Shown here piece by piece: positions 1 to 6,979 of a stretch of DNA of 64,000 nucleotides. The position numbers and the translations under genes are program-made. The stretch comes from a virus (lineage: Duplodnaviria > Caudoviricetes), in the IMG/VR virus record IMGVR_UViG_3300015050_000931, positions 4,135 to 68,134 of that record; one strand, written 5' to 3'. Below the pieces are notes generated by a model that did no database searches, was not told the origin of the DNA, and worked only from the letters and a program-made list of their open reading frames with translations. Within the stretch, counting starts at the first letter, position 1. Every line of letters starts with the position of its first letter.

Positions 1-77
1 ATGGTAATACCTACTCATGGAGCAGCGATGCTAAAGGATGGTTTAAAGATACACCCAATACAGGTATAGGTGGAGGA

Positions 78-359
78 TTGGCTTATATAGCTATTGATGA
101 TGAAACAAATGTAGCTGCTAATGAATACGCAAGGGGATACGTTCACAGTACGGCAGCGTATATGGGATATATAGAAGCTACAAAAGTAGAACGCAGGAAA
201 CAAATAAAATTACAAGAGAACTTTGATAGCCTTGTAAGTGCTTTAAAAGATTGTGTGGATATGATTAATAATAATTGTGATTGGACTAAATTTAACAGGG
301 AAGAAAATAGGACAGTTGAAGAAGCTAAACAACTTTTAAACCAAATTAACCAACTATAA
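78..359 (+). CDS. hypothetical phage protein
   Basis: 93-aa ORF, first of a run of closely spaced + strand ORFs. Confidence 0.6.
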   Translation: MAYIAIDDETNVAANEYARGYVHSTAAYMGYIEATKVERRKQIKLQENFDSLVSALKDCVDMINNNCDWTKFNREENRTVEEAKQLLNQINQL

Positions 360-370
360 AACTATATACC

Positions 371-718
371 ATGCCTATAAATATGTCAGTTGAATTTCCA
401 AAATTGGAAACAGAAAACCAAAAGTTAAAACGCTTATTGCATGACCTTACACCGGGAGGAAGTGAATTTTATAATAACCCTGAATATTGTGCTAAATGGA
501 TAAGGGAAAACAGGCAACAGGAAGCAAAGATTTTAAAAGAAATGGTAAAAGCTGCCAAAGATAAAAACGAAGTATTACAGGCAGATAATGAAAGACTTTT
601 AAATAGCCATAAATCAGCAATGTTAACCGCTATGGAATTTGGATATAAAGAATGTGAGAAAGGGAATAACTTAGATATGGCTTTTATAAACTTCAACAAA
701 GCACTACAAAACAAGTAA
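371..718 (+). CDS. hypothetical phage protein (coiled-coil)
   Basis: 115-aa ORF, A-rich leader, coiled-coil-like C-half. Confidence 0.65.
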   Translation: MPINMSVEFPKLETENQKLKRLLHDLTPGGSEFYNNPEYCAKWIRENRQQEAKILKEMVKAAKDKNEVLQADNERLLNSHKSAMLTAMEFGYKECEKGNNLDMAFINFNKALQNK

Positions 719-757
719 ACACTTAACCACTAAAAATTCATATTAAAATAAATAAAG

Positions 758-949
758 ATGAAACAAACATTAAGACAAGTTATTGAAATGATGCTGGAAG
801 ATTTAGGATATCGTCAAAAGATGCTTAATGCCAACATAAAGCAATATGTAGATGCTGGTAATCTTATGGATGCAGCTATTAATAAAATAAAATTTGATAC
901 CCTTGAAACTGTAAGGGTAAGACTTGAAGATTCATTATATAACCATTAA
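758..949 (+). CDS. hypothetical phage protein
   Basis: 63-aa ORF in the same gene run. Confidence 0.6.
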   Translation: MKQTLRQVIEMMLEDLGYRQKMLNANIKQYVDAGNLMDAAINKIKFDTLETVRVRLEDSLYNH

Positions 950-960
950 AAAATAAAATC

Positions 961-1341
961 ATGTTACTAACCATTTTACTTTGGGTTATAGGCTGTATTG
1001 CCTTAGCCTTTTTAAATGCCAAATTTTGGAAGCTAATGCCCGATACAGAAAGTAATGAGGGCAATGATGTAAAAGCTAAAATAAAGCCCTTATATGAGCC
1101 TATAAACAAGGGTAAATTAAACTGGATGGACTGGATAACTATTGTTGTTGTATTGGCTGTGTTGTTTAGCTGCTCACCTATGAAGTCAGGATATTACACA
1201 ATTAAAGAAGTAAGGGCATTAAATACTGTGGTATTAAAAGAAGTAAAAGGGGATTGGCACATACCGTCCGATACCTTAAAAGTAGGGGATAAAGTGTACC
1301 TGAAAAGAAGTAAAACCGATTCGCTAATTAATGTATGGTAA
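961..1341 (+). CDS. hypothetical membrane protein
   Basis: Two hydrophobic stretches (MLLTILLWVIGCIALAFL; WITIVVVLAVLFSC). Confidence 0.55.
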   Translation: MLLTILLWVIGCIALAFLNAKFWKLMPDTESNEGNDVKAKIKPLYEPINKGKLNWMDWITIVVVLAVLFSCSPMKSGYYTIKEVRALNTVVLKEVKGDWHIPSDTLKVGDKVYLKRSKTDSLINVW

Positions 1342-1382
1342 AACATATTAACTATTTCAATTAACCATTAAACTTAAAACAA

Positions 1383-1574
1383 ATGTTTGCACTACTCGTA
1401 AATCCCGAAAATTCATTGCCTACTATTGTCAATGTTAATTCTGATGCTTACTTTGATATGACCTTTCAAGGGTATCAGCCAATAGCAACAGGATACCGTA
1501 AACAGTTAGAAACTATTGAAGAAGAAATGCTATCTGAAATGTACGGGGATTTAGAATTAAACCAAAGTAATTAA
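1383..1574 (+). CDS. hypothetical phage protein
   Basis: 63-aa ORF preceded by TTAACCATTAAACTTAAAAC leader. Confidence 0.6.
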   Translation: MFALLVNPENSLPTIVNVNSDAYFDMTFQGYQPIATGYRKQLETIEEEMLSEMYGDLELNQSN

Positions 1575-1594
1575 CCAACTAAAAACAAAATATT

Positions 1595-1942
1595 ATGAGT
1601 AACGTAAAACGTATGTACAGGATAGAACAATTTGTAATGACAGGGGTAGTAAATGATATTGTATTAATGGCTGCCATGTCTAATGGTGGTAAGAAATACA
1701 TACCCCTTAAATACATGGCTGACTATGTAGAAACAGAAAGAATAAAGTACCCTACATTAACAGGAGATATATCTGTAAACTTAATTGGAGAAAACCACCT
1801 AACCATTGACAAGGGGGTAGAGAACCTATTAGCCATTACAGAAGTGGAGGTATTGGAGTTAATCCAAGAAGATTCCCCAACCCTAAACAGATACTCAAAC
1901 ACAGGCATAGCCAATGATGATAATAAAGAACTCCTAAATTAA
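1595..1942 (+). CDS. hypothetical phage protein
   Basis: 115-aa ORF with A-rich leader. Confidence 0.65.
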   Translation: MSNVKRMYRIEQFVMTGVVNDIVLMAAMSNGGKKYIPLKYMADYVETERIKYPTLTGDISVNLIGENHLTIDKGVENLLAITEVEVLELIQEDSPTLNRYSNTGIANDDNKELLN

Positions 1943-1965
1943 TTGCACATTATTTTGTACCTTTG
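1943..1965 (+). promoter_or_regulatory. Bacteroidota sigma-A-like promoter upstream of the cassette array
   Basis: TACCTTTG at 1958-1965 matches the TAnnTTTG -7 consensus; TTG at 1943. Confidence 0.5.
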
Positions 1966-1983
1966 AAATGATTGTGTATATTC

Positions 1984-2118
1984 GCATAACGGTTGCAAGT
2001 TTATTTAGTTGCCGAATTTAAAAACAAAATATTATGATAACAGATAAAGATTATTACGAAGCAAAAAAGTTGATTGCAAAATACGAAAGTATGCAATTGA
2101 ATAAACTTGATGTTAGCG
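1984..2118 (-). repeat. attC-like recombination hairpin A (135 bp)
   Basis: GCATAAC(1984)...CAAGTTTATTTAGTTGC / GCAATTGAATAAACTTG...GTTAGCG(2118). On the minus strand it reads CGCTAAC-5nt-GTTTATTC, i.e. the R''-L'' layout. Confidence 0.8.
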
Positions 2119-2273
2119 GTATGTTGGCTATGAGATTTAATAAGTGGATTAGCGAAAACAATTGGAGTGCTAATATCAATGGTAAAGGTTGGTTCAAAGG
2201 TAATAGTAGATTTTTTACAGATGCAGAACTTTGGGGAATGTGGTTAAGTAGCGATGATGTTAATTACCACTAA
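2034..2273 (+). CDS. cassette gene (cassette 3), hypothetical
   Basis: 79-aa ORF; starts inside the attC-A loop; its stop TAA is the TAA of the TAAC core of attC-B. Confidence 0.7.
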   Translation: MITDKDYYEAKKLIAKYESMQLNKLDVSGMLAMRFNKWISENNWSANINGKGWFKGNSRFFTDAELWGMWLSSDDVNYH

Positions 2274-2398
2274 CGAACAGGGCTTTGCGAAGGGCTGATG
2301 GCTTTGCACTTCCGACCCAAACTACTACTGCTGCTTGGCTTTGCAATTGGCTCAAAATTTATTCCGCAGCCAGCCTTTTGCAAAACCGCTTGTTATGT
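2268..2398 (-). repeat. attC-like recombination hairpin B (131 bp)
   Basis: CACTAAC(2268)...GGCTTTGCGAAGGGCTG / CAGCCTTTTGCAAAACC...GTTATGT(2398). Minus strand reads ACATAAC-AAGCG-GTTTTGCA. Confidence 0.8.
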
Positions 2399-2497
2399 GT
2401 AGTTGTGGGTGCTAATTGATGTCGCTGCTATGAAAAACTAAAGTTCGGCTGTATTATTTTTTTTGAAGCTGCGGAGCATGTATTTAAAATTATTAGT

Positions 2498-2788
2498 ATG
2501 AAAAATAAAAAACAAGAAGTAAGAATTGAACAAGAACAATACTTAGAACTTCAAAGATGCTTTAGTGAATTATTAAAGCAATGTACCGGAGTTAAATTTA
2601 AAATAAACCCGGAAGCATGGTACGATAATCAAGAAATAATGCAGCTACTTTTTATTAGTAAAAGAACTGCACAGCATTACAGGGATAGTAAATTAATATC
2701 CTTCTCACAAGTGGGTAACAAAATTTACTATAAAGGTGAAAATATAATTGCATTATTGGAAGGAAATTTTATAAAGAATAAATTTTAA
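2498..2788 (+). CDS. MerR/excisionase-like helix-turn-helix protein (HTH_17-like)
   Basis: YDNQEIMQLLFISKRTAQHYRDSKLISFSQVGNKIYY is typical of Bacteroidota HTH_17 proteins. Confidence 0.75.
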   Translation: MKNKKQEVRIEQEQYLELQRCFSELLKQCTGVKFKINPEAWYDNQEIMQLLFISKRTAQHYRDSKLISFSQVGNKIYYKGENIIALLEGNFIKNKF

Positions 2789-2791
2789 TAC

Positions 2792-3058
2792 ATGAGAAGT
2801 TTACAGCAACTAAGAAACCTATTGCTTGATATTATTCCTGAAATAAGGAGTGGTAAAATAGAAGTAAACAAGGCTAATGCTATTTGTGCAGCGACTAACT
2901 CAATAATAAATTTAACTAAGTTGGAAGTTGATTATTTAGGTTCGCAAGATGATGCGTTCAAGTCTGATTTTATTATTGAGCCTGTTGAGCAAATAGTAAA
3001 GGAGCTGGAAAACAAGCAGAAAGTTCCTTATGAGTTTAATAAAAACTTTAAAGACTAA
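2792..3058 (+). CDS. hypothetical phage protein
   Basis: 88-aa ORF, closely spaced to both neighbours. Confidence 0.65.
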   Translation: MRSLQQLRNLLLDIIPEIRSGKIEVNKANAICAATNSIINLTKLEVDYLGSQDDAFKSDFIIEPVEQIVKELENKQKVPYEFNKNFKD

Positions 3059-3852
3059 TGATTACCTGCAAAGCCTGTAATATAGAAAAAGATACCTCTA
3101 ATTTTTATATAAAAGATAAAAAAACTGGTAGGCTTTCTGGGAAGTGCAAGACTTGTGAAGCGCAAGAAAAAGGCATTAAGGATATTGGAAAACTTTCAGT
3201 ATCAAAAGAGCATCTGAATAACGGGAAAAGAAAGTGCTGCGACTGTAAAATAGTAAAACCAATTACAGAGTTTGTTAAAAACAAAAGTGTGAAAAGTGGG
3301 CATTCAAGCGTTTGTTATGACTGCTCAAAAGAAAGGGTTTATAAATATAGAAGAAACAGCAATAAAGAACTTGGTAGCCATTATTTAAAAAGGTTTGCAA
3401 TATCTAATTACGGTGTAAGGCATGAAGATGTAACTGACGAACTTTTAGAAATTGCAAAGCTGCACATACAAGCTAAAAGAAGCCTGAAACTGAATTTAGA
3501 TGGATTGGAATTTTCAACAATGCAGCAGTTTGCCGCCTATGTAAATAAAAAGTATGGTATTAGTGAACATTGTGTAAAAAAGAGACTTGATACGGGGCAT
3601 ACTGAAAGCGATTGTACTATTCCTGAATTTGACTTTAGAAGTCAATTTAGTTGCAAGTCCAGAGGTAAAGTATTAGTGACTGATATTAATACTGGTGAGA
3701 AAAGAATATTTACATCCCCTAAAAGGGTGATGGACGAAATGAATATAAGTAATGATGTTTTGGGCAGGTGCTTATCCACCGGGGAGATTAGAAAACCTTA
3801 CAATAATTCTAAGAATAAACAAACTTTAAAAATAGAATATTATGCAAACTGA
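3058..3852 (+). CDS. multi-zinc-finger protein with C-terminal NUMOD1-like DNA-binding domain
   Basis: CxxC pairs (CKAC, CKTC, CCDC, CYDC); C-terminal VLVTDINTGEKRIFTS..MDEMNIS resembles NUMOD1/HTH; no clear HNH catalytic motif seen. Confidence 0.55.
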   Translation: MITCKACNIEKDTSNFYIKDKKTGRLSGKCKTCEAQEKGIKDIGKLSVSKEHLNNGKRKCCDCKIVKPITEFVKNKSVKSGHSSVCYDCSKERVYKYRRNSNKELGSHYLKRFAISNYGVRHEDVTDELLEIAKLHIQAKRSLKLNLDGLEFSTMQQFAAYVNKKYGISEHCVKKRLDTGHTESDCTIPEFDFRSQFSCKSRGKVLVTDINTGEKRIFTSPKRVMDEMNISNDVLGRCLSTGEIRKPYNNSKNKQTLKIEYYAN

Positions 3853-4048
3853 AAAGAAAGAATTATCTACCGACCTTAAACTGGTTCGTACTGAATTAAA
3901 GGGTATATTATCAGATGTGAAAGACAGAAAAACTTCACTAAAAAGAGCAAACATTATAATCTATGCCTGCTCCAATATCACCCGTACCATTGTAACGGAA
4001 ATTTATCTTAATCAGATACCGGCTGATGATGAAATTAAAAACAAATGA
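3842..4048 (+). CDS. hypothetical protein, probable paralog of 2792..3058
   Basis: ILSDVKDRKTSLKRANIIIYACSNI resembles IIPEIRSGKIEVNKANAICAATNSI. Confidence 0.55.
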   Translation: MQTEKKELSTDLKLVRTELKGILSDVKDRKTSLKRANIIIYACSNITRTIVTEIYLNQIPADDEIKNK

Positions 4049-4133
4049 TGCTACGAAGCGTAATGTGTGGCTTGGGCAAAAAAAATAATACAGTTATCCG
4101 TCTGCCGCCAAATGGTATGCTGGTAACAATTAC

Positions 4134-4265
4134 ACATAACGGTAGGGCTTGCTGTTCGTTTGGGAATTTGAAAAACAAATGTTTAATAACTTAATAAAGT
4201 TGATATGAATACAAAAGATAAGGCTATGACTGTCAGCCCAAATGACAGCAAACCGATTGTTAGCA
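4134..4265 (-). repeat. attC-like recombination hairpin C (132 bp)
   Basis: ACATAAC(4134)...GCTTGCTGTTCGTTTGGG / CCCAAATGACAGCAAAC...GTTAGCA(4265), with one bulged base. Minus strand reads TGCTAAC-AATCG-GTTTGCTG. Confidence 0.8.
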
Positions 4266-4585
4266 GCAGTACGGTTGTTTCGTGTCCAAACTTTCCATAT
4301 TTCGGGGCTTCTTATCCTGATGCTGGATGTATAGATGGTCAATTATGGGATTTAGATAAATGCAATGATAACGGGCTTTATTCAAGTGGTGATAATCCGC
4401 CTTGCCCGTTCTGCAATACAGAAGCATTTATTGATTACCATACTGAAATTGACGACAAAGAATTGGAAGATATGAATAAAGATGATAGTTTGTCGTCAGA
4501 AGATAGAACGGAAATCCTAAAGTCAAATATGACGAAAGAAGATGCCACAAAGTTAGTCGAAGCCCTGAAATTAAAGTACAGTTAG
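4205..4585 (+). CDS. cassette gene (cassette 1), Cys-rich phage protein
   Basis: 126-aa ORF starting inside the attC-C loop; motif FGASYPDAGCIDGQLWDLD...CPFCN. Confidence 0.75.
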   Translation: MNTKDKAMTVSPNDSKPIVSSSTVVSCPNFPYFGASYPDAGCIDGQLWDLDKCNDNGLYSSGDNPPCPFCNTEAFIDYHTEIDDKELEDMNKDDSLSSEDRTEILKSNMTKEDATKLVEALKLKYS

Positions 4586-4591
4586 TATTGC

Positions 4592-4611
4592 TGCTAACAT
4601 TATGATTAGCG
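4592..4611 (-). other. attI-like simple core site
   Basis: TGCTAAC-attatg-ATTAGCG: two inverted binding boxes with a 6-bp spacer and no hairpin arm, 37 bp before the recombinase start. Confidence 0.6.
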
Positions 4612-4648
4612 AAGTTGATATGATAATCAATATCTTAAATATAAATTT

Positions 4649-5545
4649 ATGACACGATTTGAAGAACTGATAAATAAATTTAAAAGAGAATTACAGCTAA
4701 GAAAATATGCGGATAGTAGTATAAAAACTTATTCAGATTGCTTATGCGTTTTTCTTCGTGCCATGAATGGTAAGCCAAAACCATTACCCATTGAATGTGT
4801 GAAAGATTTTTTACTAACTATTAAAAATACAAATTACCACAAACAATTTACTGCAACTATCCATCATTTTTATAGCTTGGTTTTAAATACGCCTTTATCA
4901 TTAAAAGATATACCATATCCACGTAAGACCGATTATATGCCTGAAATATTTTCAATACAGGAGATTTACAGATTAATAAGTAGCTACGAAAATATTAAAC
5001 ATAGGTGTATTATGCAGTTATTTTATTCCTGTGCTTTAAGGATTGGAGAATTGCCAGTTATTGAATTATCACATATCAATTTTGATAGAAGTATTTTGCG
5101 TGTTAAAAATGCCAAAGGGTTTAAAGATAGAGATGTACCTATACCTGCCGATACCTTGATTTTAATAACATCATACATTGATAAATATAAGCCTATTAAA
5201 TGGCTGTTTGAAGGGCAGTATAAAGAACAGTATTCAGTTCGTTCAATACAACAAATATTTTGGCAAGGAGTAAATCGTATTGGCATTAAAAGGGCTGTCC
5301 GACCACACTCATTAAGGCATAGCAGAGCCGTTCATCTTAAAGAAACAAATGTAGATATAAAAGACATTTCTGATTTTCTTGGGCATTACCATATATCCAC
5401 TACTGCTGACTTTTATTTGAAGTTATCTAAATTTTCTTTGGGCAATAGAATTGCTAATGCAGATACTATTTTAAGCAAATTATCTTTACCGAAAATCACA
5501 TTACCATATGAACAAACATTTAATTTGGTTGCAAACCAATCGTAG
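4649..5545 (+). CDS. tyrosine recombinase, integron-integrase/Xer-like
   Basis: SAM4-like N-terminus (LRKYADSSIKTY); catalytic motifs LRIGE, KGFKDR, HSLRH, LGH, STTADFY. Confidence 0.9.
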   Translation: MTRFEELINKFKRELQLRKYADSSIKTYSDCLCVFLRAMNGKPKPLPIECVKDFLLTIKNTNYHKQFTATIHHFYSLVLNTPLSLKDIPYPRKTDYMPEIFSIQEIYRLISSYENIKHRCIMQLFYSCALRIGELPVIELSHINFDRSILRVKNAKGFKDRDVPIPADTLILITSYIDKYKPIKWLFEGQYKEQYSVRSIQQIFWQGVNRIGIKRAVRPHSLRHSRAVHLKETNVDIKDISDFLGHYHISTTADFYLKLSKFSLGNRIANADTILSKLSLPKITLPYEQTFNLVANQS

Positions 5546-5709
5546 AAAAGTAAATATAAAGCTATTAGAAATAGAATGTAAGCTACCTGAAAATACAGTA
5601 GCTAAATGGCTTAATAATGAAAGAGGATTACCAGTAAAGCATTATCCTGTTGTTATTAAATGGGTGGAAGATTTAAGAAGTTAGGGTTTAGTTTTAAGGT
5701 TTGGATGGT

Positions 5710-5739
5710 ACAGGGGGAGTAGTTTACCCCCTGTTTTTT
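5710..5739. terminator. intrinsic terminator between the convergent recombinase and endolysin genes
   Basis: ACAGGGGG-loop-CCCCCTGT followed by a T-run. Confidence 0.7.
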
Positions 5740-6271
5740 ATTTTAGCGTGGCTTTTGCTCTTTCCCAAATTGCACATCTGTCATCATAACCATTTAAACC
5801 CCCGTTAATTCTTTTGGTAAGGGTTTTAAAATCTCCACTATCTGCAAACTGATTTAGTTTTTTTGATTTCCAAAACCAACAGGCAGTCATTACTGCGTAT
5901 TGTGGTTGTTCAAGTAATTCAGGATGGTTTACGCAATCTACCCCGTTAGCTTGTGCAAAGCTGGAATAGTTGGCTCTCCCTGTTACTTGAATTAAGCCCC
6001 GTCCTTTGAATTTTGTTCCATCCCCTGCAATTACATTACCCAAGTCTTTTCTGCCCTCATATCCTTTCTGTGCAGCCGTTGGCCCCCATATTTCTTTATT
6101 GTACCTTAACTGTCCTGATTCATGCCCTACCTGTGCTAAAAATGCAGCTAACCTTGTGTTATTATCTATTCCAAACTTAGGTAGTAAATCATTTAAGTAA
6201 GGTAGATATAATTCTATGTTGGAATTGGTTGCTTGTGGAAGTATTGACTTTAGTTGTTCTGCTGATAACAT
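5738..6271 (-). CDS. glycoside hydrolase family 19 endolysin
   Basis: RLAAFLAQVGHESG...FKGRGLIQVTGRANY...TKRINGGLNG motifs. Confidence 0.92.
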   Translation of the reverse strand: MLSAEQLKSILPQATNSNIELYLPYLNDLLPKFGIDNNTRLAAFLAQVGHESGQLRYNKEIWGPTAAQKGYEGRKDLGNVIAGDGTKFKGRGLIQVTGRANYSSFAQANGVDCVNHPELLEQPQYAVMTACWFWKSKKLNQFADSGDFKTLTKRINGGLNGYDDRCAIWERAKATLK

Positions 6272-6279
6272 ATTAAGAT

Positions 6280-6492
6280 TTATTTAGTTTCTTTATTTTG
6301 AGAAAGCAAAGTCCCACATATACCTAAAACCCCACCACCGATAACCTTCAACATATCCATTATTACTGCCCCTGCTTCAACTGATATTGGATTACCTGTA
6401 ACCAATCTAATGGCTATCATTCCAATTAAACAAATAGGAATAGTAAGCGTTAAAATAAATAAGCACCATTCTACTGCTTTCCAGTTTTTCAT
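6280..6492 (-). CDS. small two-TM protein (holin-like)
   Basis: Two hydrophobic helices, adjacent to the endolysin. Confidence 0.5.
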   Translation of the reverse strand: MKNWKAVEWCLFILTLTIPICLIGMIAIRLVTGNPISVEAGAVIMDMLKVIGGGVLGICGTLLSQNKETK

Positions 6493-6502
6493 AAAATGTG
6501 TA

Positions 6503-6979
6503 TTATTTTAAAAGTATAAAGGCAGCAATACCTAACCCTGCTGTACCTAAAATACCTATTACTGTTTTTCTTTTTTGTCTTTTTAGTAGCTTGTTTTGGT
6601 GTTTCATTTCTTTGGTTGCTAAATCCCTTTGCTCTATAAGATTGGCTACTTCTGCTTTGTATGTTTCTACTATTCTTGCTTGTGCTGTGTCTTTATCACC
6701 ATGTATGGATATGATGCTGTCCTTTATGGCTATGCGTTGGTTTAAGAAAGCTATTTTTTCGTTTAATAACTCTACTCTTTGCTCACAGATTTTACCTTTC
6801 TCAATCAACTTTGCAGCATCTCTTAACTTTGCGTTTGGAACAAGGGTTGCATCAATAGTCGTTGGTTGGCTGTGGCTCAAGGTTGTTAAAGTAGTTAAGC
6901 AAACCAGCATCATCAAGCGTATTAATTTCTTTTGCTTTTTCATTGTATTTTTTTGGTAGGTTGTTAAGCCTGTTATCAA
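6503..6979 (-). CDS. spanin-like/exported coiled-coil lysis protein (probable start 6943)
   Basis: Signal-like N-terminus, coiled coil, hydrophobic C-terminus; overlaps the upstream gene. Confidence 0.5.
   Translation of the reverse strand: MITGLTTYQKNTMKKQKKLIRLMMLVCLTTLTTLSHSQPTTIDATLVPNAKLRDAAKLIEKGKICEQRVELLNEKIAFLNQRIAIKDSIISIHGDKDTAQARIVETYKAEVANLIEQRDLATKEMKHQNKLLKRQKRKTVIGILGTAGLGIAAFILLK

Noticed and set aside
724-1597. Repeated TAACCA(C/T)TAAAA intergenic motif
   Set aside because: Consistent with ordinary A-rich Bacteroidota translation leaders that overlap stop codons; no hairpin or recombination signature.
1-1983. A fourth cassette to the left of attC-A
   Set aside because: It would need a partner end like GTTATGCGAA on the + strand; I did not find one in 1-1983, and no further hairpin.
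2298-2402. 34-aa ORF (MALHFRPK...) inside attC-B
   Set aside because: Short, with no A-rich leader, and fully explained by the hairpin sequence; not supportable as a gene.
1984-4265. CRISPR array or simple terminators as the explanation for the three hairpins
   Set aside because: Units are ~130 bp, non-identical, unevenly spaced and separated by whole genes. They lack U-tracts and show cross-cassette end complementarity.
4649-5545. Ordinary prophage integrase with attP
   Set aside because: No host flank or attL/attR is visible, and the adjacent core plus hairpins fit attI/attC better. A lysogeny role is not excluded.
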